This document shows positions 25,724 to 32,000 of a DNA stretch of 32,000 bases, piece after piece. The stretch is from Rhodobacter capsulatus SB 1003 (GTDB lineage Bacteria; Pseudomonadota; Alphaproteobacteria; Rhodobacterales; Rhodobacteraceae), in NCBI RefSeq assembly GCF_000021865.1, contig NC_014034.1, forward strand, positions 960,001-992,000. Direction: 5' to 3'. Below the pieces are notes generated by a model. The model was not told where the DNA came from. It was given only the letters and a program-made list of their open reading frames with translations, and searched no databases. The first letter of the stretch is position 1. Every line of letters begins with the position of its first letter. A program made the position numbers and the translations under genes.

Positions 25724-25744
25724 GTTCAGGCAGAGGGTCGCGCG

Positions 25745-27400
25745 ATGGATGCGGATTATGTGATCGTTGGGGCAGGCTCGGGCGGCTCGGCCTTGGGCTA
25801 TCGGCTGGCCGAGGCCGGGCATCGGGTGGCGATCATCGAATTCGGCGGCACCGACTGGGGCCCCTTCATCGAGATGCCGGCCGCCCTGTCTTACCCGATG
25901 AACATGGGGCGCTATGACTGGGGTATGGGCACCGAGCCCGAGCCGCATCTGGGCAACCGCCGTCTGGTGACGCCGCGCGGCAAGGTGATCGGGGGCTCGT
26001 CCTCGATCAACGGCATGGTCTATGTGCGCGGCCACGCCTGCGATTTCGACCATTGGGCGGAACAGGGCGCGGCGGGCTGGGGCTATGCCGATGTGCTGCC
26101 CTATTTCAAGCGTCAGGAACATTGGCACGGCGGCCATGACGGCGCCGACGCGACCTGGCGCGGCTCGAAAGGCCCGCTGCATGTGACGCGGGGGCCGCGC
26201 AAGAATCCGCTGTTTCAGCATTTCATCGAGGCGGGGGCGGCGGCGGGCTACCCGGTGACGATGGATTACAACGGCGAACAGCAAGAGGGCTTCGGCCCGA
26301 TGGAGGCGACGATCTGGCAGGGGCGGCGCTGGTCGGTGGCCTCGGCCTATCTGCGCCCTGCGATCAAGACCGGGCGGCTGAAGATCGTCCGGGGCCTCGC
26401 GCGCAAGGTGGTGATCGAGCAGGGCCGCGCCGTCGGCGTCGAATATGAAAAGGGCGGCGAGATCAAGGTCTTGAAGGCCAAGGCCGAGGTGATCCTGGCG
26501 GCCTCGGCGCTCAACACGCCGAAGCTTCTGATGCTCTCGGGCATTGGCGACGGCGCGCATCTGCAAGCGCATGGGATCGAGGTTCTGGCGCATCGCCCCG
26601 GCGTGGGGTCGAACCTGCAAGATCACCTTGAAATCTATATGCAATTTGCCTCGAAAGAGCCGGTGACGCTCTATAAATACTGGAACCTTTGGGGCAAGCT
26701 GACGGTCGGCGCGCAATGGGTGCTGACGAAACGGGGCCTTGGCGCCTCGAACCAGTTCGAGGCCTGCGGCTTCATCCGGTCGGACAAGGGCGTCGAATAC
26801 CCGGATATCCAGTATCACTTCCTGCCCATTGCCGTGCGCTATGACGGCAAGGCCGCGGCCGAGGGGCATGGCTTTCAGGTGCACACCGGCCCGATGCGGT
26901 CGAAATCGCGCGGCACGGTGCGGCTGCGCTCCGCCGATCCGCGCGAAAATCCCGAGATCCGCTTCAACTACATGTCGCATCCCGACGATTGGGAGGAGTT
27001 CCGCAAGGTTGTGCGGCTGACCCGCGAGATTTTCGCGCAAGCGCCGATGGCGCAGCATGTGAAGCACGAGATCCAGCCCGGCGCCGCGGTGCAGACCGAT
27101 GCCGAGATCGACGCCTTCATCCGCGATCACGCCGAAAGCGCCTATCACCCCTGCGGCACCTCGCGGATGGGGCGGGCCGATGATCCGATGGCGGTGGTGG
27201 ACCCGGATGCGCGCGTGATCGGGGTCGAGGGGCTGCGCGTTGCCGACAGCTCGATCTTTCCGCGGGTGACGAATGGCAACCTGAACGGGCCCTCGATCAT
27301 GACCGGCGAGAAGGTGGCCGATCATATCCTCGGCCGTCGTCTGCCCGCCGAGAATGCGGCCCCCTGGATCAACCCGAACTGGCGCATCTCACAGCGCTAA
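25745..27400 (+). CDS. betA: Choline dehydrogenase (GMC oxidoreductase)
   Basis: Start [23 protein letters not shown] (FAD GxGxxG). GMC signatures: [14 protein letters not shown] and [14 protein letters not shown]. Confidence 0.9.
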   Translation: MDADYVIVGAGSGGSALGYRLAEAGHRVAIIEFGGTDWGPFIEMPAALSYPMNMGRYDWGMGTEPEPHLGNRRLVTPRGKVIGGSSSINGMVYVRGHACDFDHWAEQGAAGWGYADVLPYFKRQEHWHGGHDGADATWRGSKGPLHVTRGPRKNPLFQHFIEAGAAAGYPVTMDYNGEQQEGFGPMEATIWQGRRWSVASAYLRPAIKTGRLKIVRGLARKVVIEQGRAVGVEYEKGGEIKVLKAKAEVILAASALNTPKLLMLSGIGDGAHLQAHGIEVLAHRPGVGSNLQDHLEIYMQFASKEPVTLYKYWNLWGKLTVGAQWVLTKRGLGASNQFEACGFIRSDKGVEYPDIQYHFLPIAVRYDGKAAAEGHGFQVHTGPMRSKSRGTVRLRSADPRENPEIRFNYMSHPDDWEEFRKVVRLTREIFAQAPMAQHVKHEIQPGAAVQTDAEIDAFIRDHAESAYHPCGTSRMGRADDPMAVVDPDARVIGVEGLRVADSSIFPRVTNGNLNGPSIMTGEKVADHILGRRLPAENAAPWINPNWRISQR

Positions 27401-27453
27401 GCATGACGGCCGACGCGGCTTGCGTTCGCTTTCCGTTCTGCTAGCTTGCGCCC

Positions 27454-28089
27454 ATGGTGAAGTGGGTTCTGATCGGGCTCGTGCTGGCGCTGCCGGCACA
27501 GGCGGAAATTCTGGCGGGTCATGCGCGGGTGGTTGACGGCGATACGCTGGTGATCGACGCTCAAAAGGTGCGCCTGTTCGGGATAGATGCGCCGGAACAT
27601 GATCAGCTGTGCAAGGATGCGCAGGGCCGCGACTGGCCCTGCGGAGAGGCGGCGCGGGATCGGCTGGGGGTTCTGGCCGCCGGTCTGGTGAGATGCGCGG
27701 GCCGGGGGCGGGACCGCTACGACCGGCTTCTGGCGGTTTGCAGCGCGGGCGGGCGCGATCTGAACGCGGCGCTGGTCTCCGAAGGCATGGCCGAGGCTTA
27801 CCGCAAATATGCCCGCGACTATGTTCCCGAGGAGGCGCAGGCGCGCGCGGCGCAGCGCGGCATCTGGGCCGGGCCGCATCTGGCCCCCGAGGCGGTGCGG
27901 CGCGGCCCGGTGCAGACCCCGCCCGGCGCCTGTCGGATCAAGGGCAACATCTCGAAAAAGGGGCAGATTTTCCATCTGCCCGGCTCGCGCGATTACGACC
28001 GCACCCGGATCGACGAAACAAGGGGCGAGCGCTGGTTCTGCACCGAAGCCGAGGCGCGGGCGGCGGGCTGGCGGCCGATGGGCAGCTGA
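27454..28089 (+). CDS. Secreted thermonuclease (SNase) homologue with a C-terminal Cys-flanked basic domain
   Basis: Signal peptide MVKWVLIGLVLALPAQA. SNase motifs: VVDGDTLVI...VRLFGIDAPE. The C-terminus CRIKGNISKKGQIFHLPGSRDYDRTRIDETRGERWFCTEAEARAAGWRP resembles the small DNA-binding 'sunset'-type module found on secreted nucleases. Confidence 0.75.
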   Translation: MVKWVLIGLVLALPAQAEILAGHARVVDGDTLVIDAQKVRLFGIDAPEHDQLCKDAQGRDWPCGEAARDRLGVLAAGLVRCAGRGRDRYDRLLAVCSAGGRDLNAALVSEGMAEAYRKYARDYVPEEAQARAAQRGIWAGPHLAPEAVRRGPVQTPPGACRIKGNISKKGQIFHLPGSRDYDRTRIDETRGERWFCTEAEARAAGWRPMGS

Positions 28090-28139
28090 TCGCCCCCTCA
28101 CGTCCTCGTCGGTGGACATCCGCCCCGCGCCGTCGCAGC

Positions 28140-28718
28140 ATGGCCAAAACGGCAGGGGGCCCCATGGACGCCAAGCTTCGCATCCTTTCCGAGCGGCTTT
28201 TGCGCAAGAGCTTCGAAGAGCTGAGCGAGCGCGACAGGCGCGTGCTGCGCCATGTCGCCGAACATGGCACGGTGGCGCGCGATCTGAGCCAGCCCGAGTC
28301 GGATCTGGGCGCCCGCATCGCCGACCGGGTCGCGGCCTTTGGCGGATCCTGGGCCTTCATCGGGATTTTCGCGCTGGTCCTGCTGGGCTGGGTGGCGCTG
28401 AACACGGTGATTCTGGTCGCGGCCATTGACCCCTATCCCTTTGTTTTCCTGAACCTGATCCTGTCGATGCTGGCGGCGGTGCAGGCCCCCGTGATCATGA
28501 TGAGCCAGAACCGGCAGGCGGAAAAGGACCGGCTGGCGGCGGCGCATGATTACGAGGTCAACCTGAAGGCGGAAATCGAGATCATGCGGCTGCATGAAAA
28601 GCTGGACGAGCTGCGGATGGTGGCGCTGGAGGGGCGGTTCGCGGCGCTGGAGGCGCGGCTTGACGCGATCGCGGCGGCGGTGGGGGCGGATCAAGGCGCG
28701 ACCGGGGGGGCAACTTGA
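28140..28718 (+). CDS. DUF1003 family membrane protein
   Basis: FGGSWAFIGIFALVLLGWVALN...DPYPFVFLNLILSMLAAVQAPVIMMSQNRQAEKDRL is the DUF1003 core. A coiled-coil tail follows. An alternative start is at 28164. Confidence 0.75.
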   Translation: MAKTAGGPMDAKLRILSERLLRKSFEELSERDRRVLRHVAEHGTVARDLSQPESDLGARIADRVAAFGGSWAFIGIFALVLLGWVALNTVILVAAIDPYPFVFLNLILSMLAAVQAPVIMMSQNRQAEKDRLAAAHDYEVNLKAEIEIMRLHEKLDELRMVALEGRFAALEARLDAIAAAVGADQGATGGAT

Positions 28719-28793
28719 CACGGGTCAAGGTGGCGCAAGCGCTCCGGGTCTAGGCTTGAGTCGTAAGAAATGAAGAGCGCAAAGGAAGAGGCC

Positions 28794-29033
28794 ATGTCGA
28801 ACACCCCGCATACCCTGTCCGAGGAATTCCCGTTCGAGATGGAAAAGCTGCATGCTTTGAAGGTCTCGAACGCCCATTTCGCCAAGCTTCTGGAAGATTA
28901 CGACGCGGTGAATGACAAGGTTCACCGGGCTGAAACCAACGTCGAACCGCTGGAGCATTTCGCCGAAGTCGATCTGCGCAAGCACCGCGCGCATATCAAG
29001 GACGAAATCGCCCATATGCTGCACCATTCCTGA
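28794..29033 (+). CDS. DUF465 (YdcH-like) small protein
   Basis: ATG at 28794 follows AAGGAAGAGG. FAKLLEDYDAVNDKVHRAE...LRKHRAHIKDEI is typical of DUF465. GC content is locally lower. Confidence 0.75.
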   Translation: MSNTPHTLSEEFPFEMEKLHALKVSNAHFAKLLEDYDAVNDKVHRAETNVEPLEHFAEVDLRKHRAHIKDEIAHMLHHS

Positions 29034-29055
29034 CGACCTCCACAGACTGATCGAC

Positions 29056-29085
29056 AAGCCTCGGTTTTCCGGGGCTTTTCGATGT
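29056..29085 (+). terminator. Terminator-like hairpin after the DUF465 gene
   Basis: 9-bp stem AAGCCTCGG / CCGGGGCTT (one G-U pair), loop TTTT, followed by TTCGATGTTT. Confidence 0.55.
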
Positions 29086-29092
29086 TTGGGGC

Positions 29093-30490
29093 TCAGGCGA
29101 TGTCGTAGGGCAGCATGCCGCGGCGGTTCGGATCGACGCGCAGGCGCCGTTCCAGGGGCGGCACGGACCGCTGATGGCAGTCCTTGCGTTCGCAGATCCG
29201 GCAGGAAATCCCGATCGGCTGATAGGCGCGCGGATTGCCCAGTTCCATGTCGTCGGCATAGACGAGGCCGCGGGCATGGCTGACCTCGCAGCCGAGACAA
29301 ATCGCATAGCGCCGCACCGGGGCGGTGAAGCTGCCGCCCGATTTCGAGACGTCGCGGGCCAGGCACAGATAGCGCACCCCATCCGGCGTCTCGGCCAGTT
29401 GGCGCAGGAATTTCGTCGGCGTTTCAAAGGCCTGATGCACGTTCCACAGCGGGCAGGCGCCGCCGAACCGGGCGAATTGCAGCCGCGTCGCGGAATGGCG
29501 CTTGGTGATCGTGCCGGCCTGATCGACGCGGACGAAGAAGAAGGGGATGCCCTTGGCACCCGGCCGTTGCAGGGTTGAGAGCCGGTGCGCCACCTGTTCG
29601 ATGCTGGCGCCAAAGGCATCGGCAAGCCGTTCCAGATCGTGCCGGGTCTCCTGCGCCGCGTCCAGAAAGGCGCGATAGGGCAGCAGGGCTGCCCCGGCGA
29701 AATAATTCGCCAGACCGATTTTCGCGATAGCGCGCGAGGTCTCGGATTGAAAGCGCGCCAGATCGAGCGTGGCCTCGAGCAGCTCGTTTTGGGTGATCAG
29801 CGCGACCTGATGCAGCAGCTGGAACGCCTGGGTCGAGCGGCTGGCATGGGCGGAGATCAGGATCCGGTCGCCTTCGCGGGCGCGCAGCTCGGAAATGTTC
29901 GAAAACTGCACGTCGACGCCGCGGGCACGCAGGGCATCGCTGGCCCGCAGGATCGGGTCCAACCTCTTGCCATCCGGGCAGGAAAACCGTTCGGCGGCGC
30001 GGTCGACGGCATCGATGTAATTGTCGCAATAGTGAAAGAAGTCGCGCACCTCTTCCCAGGGGGAAACCACCGTCTGCGCGCCTTCGCGGCCCAAGGCCTC
30101 GTCAAGCGAGGCCAGCCGTTCATGCGCCTGCCGGTAGGCGCGGTGCAGCTCCAGGAACGCCCGCGCCAGCGCAGGCGCATTCGAGGCCGCCAGCCGCAGA
30201 TCGGCGAGGGGCGGCGTGCCGCCATCGGCAAAGACCGGATCGGCCATCGCCTCGCGCATGTCGGAGACCAGACGCTCGGCATCGCCCGCCGAAAGCTCGG
30301 TCACGTCAAGCCCGAATTCACCCGCCAGCGCCAGCACCACCGCCGCCGAAACCGGACGGTGGTTGTTCTCCATCTGGTTCAGATAGGGCAGCGAGACGCC
30401 CAGCCGGTCGGCAAAGGCCTTTTGCGTCAGCCCGAGCCTTGCGCGCGTCTCGCGCAGTTTCACACCGGCATAAAGTTTCTGCGTGGCCAT
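29093..30490 (-). CDS. XRE-HTH plus ImmA/IrrE-like peptidase-fold plus DUF2083 regulator (RamB/PrpR/ScfR, short-chain fatty acyl-CoA regulator family)
   Basis: Start MATQKLYAGVKLRETRARLGLTQKAFADRLGVSLPYLNQMENNHRP at 30490. The C-terminal Cys-rich DUF2083-type region is CPLWNVH...CLGCEVSH...CRICERKDCHQR. Confidence 0.8.
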   Translation of the reverse strand: MATQKLYAGVKLRETRARLGLTQKAFADRLGVSLPYLNQMENNHRPVSAAVVLALAGEFGLDVTELSAGDAERLVSDMREAMADPVFADGGTPPLADLRLAASNAPALARAFLELHRAYRQAHERLASLDEALGREGAQTVVSPWEEVRDFFHYCDNYIDAVDRAAERFSCPDGKRLDPILRASDALRARGVDVQFSNISELRAREGDRILISAHASRSTQAFQLLHQVALITQNELLEATLDLARFQSETSRAIAKIGLANYFAGAALLPYRAFLDAAQETRHDLERLADAFGASIEQVAHRLSTLQRPGAKGIPFFFVRVDQAGTITKRHSATRLQFARFGGACPLWNVHQAFETPTKFLRQLAETPDGVRYLCLARDVSKSGGSFTAPVRRYAICLGCEVSHARGLVYADDMELGNPRAYQPIGISCRICERKDCHQRSVPPLERRLRVDPNRRGMLPYDIA

Positions 30491-30599
30491 GGCGTCCCCT
30501 GCTTTGCAAAGCTCTCGTAGCCTTTGCAAACGATCCGTGCAAGGGAAGGTTGCATTGCTGGGACAAAGCGCCCTAGCTTGGCGCAGCAGGGGGGGAGAG

Positions 30600-31160
30600 A
30601 TGCGACGACTGTTGGCTTTGATCGTTTTGGGTTTGTCGGGCTGCACCTCTGGTCCGCCCGAGATCACCGCGGATCAGGCGGCGCGGATCGCCGCGCCCGA
30701 TCCCGCGCTGGCGGCGCAGATCGCGCGGCTGATGCCCGCCTTGCGCGCCGAGGAACGGGCGCGTGATGCCCGGGCGCTGTCCGAGGGGCGGGGGCTGACC
30801 CCGGCCGAGCAGGAGATCGCCCGCAGGGTTGGCGTGCAACAGCCGCAAAAGGTGCGGCTTCTGGCGCTGCCGCGGATCCCGCCGATGACCGACCCGGAGC
30901 TGGCGCGGCTGTTCCCGGTCGAGCGCGCCTGGGGGCTGACGACGGGCTACGGCATCACCGTGACGCAGCAGCCGGTGCCCGACTGGCTTTTGGCGCATGA
31001 GCTGGCGCATGTGGCGCAATACGAGCGGCTGGGGGCGGGGCCGATGCTGCGCCGCACGCTGACCGAGGTGCTGGTCTTGCCGGGCAATCTGATCCCGATC
31101 GAGCGCGAGGCGATCGCGCGGGGCAACACCGTCGCGACATCGCCCGCCTATGGCTATTGA
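30600..31160 (+). CDS. Lipoprotein with an HExxH zinc-metallopeptidase motif
   Basis: ATG at 30600 follows GGGGGAGAG. Lipobox LSGC (MRRLLALIVLGLSGC). The motif LAHELAHVAQYERLG is DUF4157-like; the family call is tentative. Confidence 0.6.
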   Translation: MRRLLALIVLGLSGCTSGPPEITADQAARIAAPDPALAAQIARLMPALRAEERARDARALSEGRGLTPAEQEIARRVGVQQPQKVRLLALPRIPPMTDPELARLFPVERAWGLTTGYGITVTQQPVPDWLLAHELAHVAQYERLGAGPMLRRTLTEVLVLPGNLIPIEREAIARGNTVATSPAYGY

Positions 31161-32000
31161 GGCCGCCGCATCACCCAGAGGATCGCCGCGACCGAGAGGG
31201 CCGAAGAGCCGAACATCACCCACAAAAGCCGGGCCACCTCGACCTCGGCGCCAAGGAAGGTCGCGGTCAGGCTGGCCAGAACCGCGCCGGTGCCGATGGT
31301 CATCGTCGCGCCAAGCCCCGAGGCGGTGCCCGCCAGATCGGCCCGCACCGACATCAGCCCGGCATTGGCAGAAGGTAGCGACAGGCCGTTGCCGATCCCG
31401 GTCACGCCGACGGCGGTGAAGAAGGTGATCGGGCCCAGCACGCCCGCCGCCTTGGCGATCAGCGCCACGGCGATGGCGGCGGTGGCGAGCACCGTGCCCG
31501 AAAGCACCATCCGGTCCATGCCCAGATGCAGCGAAAACCGCCCCGAGATCCAGTTGCCGATCAGATAGCCAAGGGAGGGCAGGGCGAAGAAATAGCCGAC
31601 CTCGACCGGGGAGAGGCCAAAGGCCTGCTCGCCCACCAGCGCCGCGCCGCCCAGATAGGCGTAAAACAGCCCCGCCGAGGCGGCGGCAGAAAGCGCATAG
31701 CCCCAGAACCGCGGCGAGCGCAGCAGGATCGGATAGGCCCGCATCTGCGCGCCAAAACCAAGCCCGCCGCCCGAGACCGTCTCGCCCATGTCGGCCCAGA
31801 CCAGCGCGAAAAGAAGCGCCCCCGAGAGCGCCAGCACGGCCAGGTTCGCCTGCCAGCCGAAAAGCCCGTCCAGCAGCCCGCCGACGGCCGGGCCGATCAT
31901 CGGCACCAGCGACATCCCCATGGTGACATAGCCGATCATCGAGGCGGCACCGGGCCCGGGGACCATGTCGCGCACCGCCGCCCGGGCCAGAACGAAGGCG
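31154..32000 (-). CDS. MFS transporter, Bcr/CflA drug-resistance subfamily, C-terminal part; 5' end lies beyond the window
   Basis: The frame is open to nt 32000 (..AFVLARAAVRDMVPGPGAAS..). It has hydrophobic repeats and a Bcr/CflA-like PMIGPAVGG. Stop TAG at 31154-31156. Confidence 0.8.
   Translation of the reverse strand, partial: AFVLARAAVRDMVPGPGAASMIGYVTMGMSLVPMIGPAVGGLLDGLFGWQANLAVLALSGALLFALVWADMGETVSGGGLGFGAQMRAYPILLRSPRFWGYALSAAASAGLFYAYLGGAALVGEQAFGLSPVEVGYFFALPSLGYLIGNWISGRFSLHLGMDRMVLSGTVLATAAIAVALIAKAAGVLGPITFFTAVGVTGIGNGLSLPSANAGLMSVRADLAGTASGLGATMTIGTGAVLASLTATFLGAEVEVARLLWVMFGSSALSVAAILWVMRRPQ

Noticed and set aside
24156-27325. 518-aa and 556-aa minus-strand ORFs opposite betB and betA
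   Set aside because: betB and betA have unmistakable ALDH and GMC motifs on the plus strand. The antisense translations are R/G/P-rich with no domain signatures.
1-32000. Mobile elements, prophage, CRISPR, defence islands, tRNA/rRNA
   Set aside because: I saw no transposase, integrase, recombinase, Cas, restriction or toxin-antitoxin-like ORFs. There are no regularly spaced repeat arrays and no tRNA-like T-loop or acceptor patterns in the intergenic gaps. Composition looks uniform apart from short AT-richer promoter regions, so the window reads as core chromosome.

Overview
Densely coding, high-GC chromosomal segment. Gene content suggests an alphaproteobacterium of the Rhodobacteraceae type; that taxonomic call is inference only. 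I support about 33 protein-coding genes. I found no rRNA, tRNA, CRISPR array, transposase, integrase or phage genes. Most of the window is ordinary core metabolism and transport: the 3' end of fghA, a YccA/BAX-inhibitor protein, a quinone oxidoreductase, an XRE regulator, a HisN-like phosphatase, two convergent purine deaminases, mgtE coupled to 5-formyl-THF cyclo-ligase, phnA/yjdM, a CHAP lipoprotein, a YmdB-like phosphoesterase, an SLC13/TrkA-C permease and yebC. It also holds a classical choline-to-glycine-betaine locus (proXWV/choXWV-like transporter divergent from betI-betB-betA), a secreted thermonuclease, DUF1003 and DUF465 proteins, a RamB/PrpR/ScfR-type regulator, an HExxH lipoprotein and a Bcr/CflA-type MFS pump. 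The most unusual content is a minus-strand seven-gene cluster at 14379-19261. It encodes a DUF2946-like CxxC protein, two NosL/TRASH-like CxxCGM periplasmic proteins (one with a clear twin-arginine signal), an unassignable secreted protein, an FtsX/MacB-type ABC permease and ATPase, and a polytopic membrane protein with an HHCPFC motif. The last five genes are joined by ATGA start/stop overlaps. I read it as a candidate uncharacterised periplasmic system for handling copper or another thiophilic metal. Second, a short dispersed repeat family (core GCGTATTTG-N3-CCAAGAAAAA) sits in at least four intergenic gaps, twice as inverted pairs that form long hairpins. Many long ORFs in alternative frames are GC-driven shadow ORFs and were rejected.
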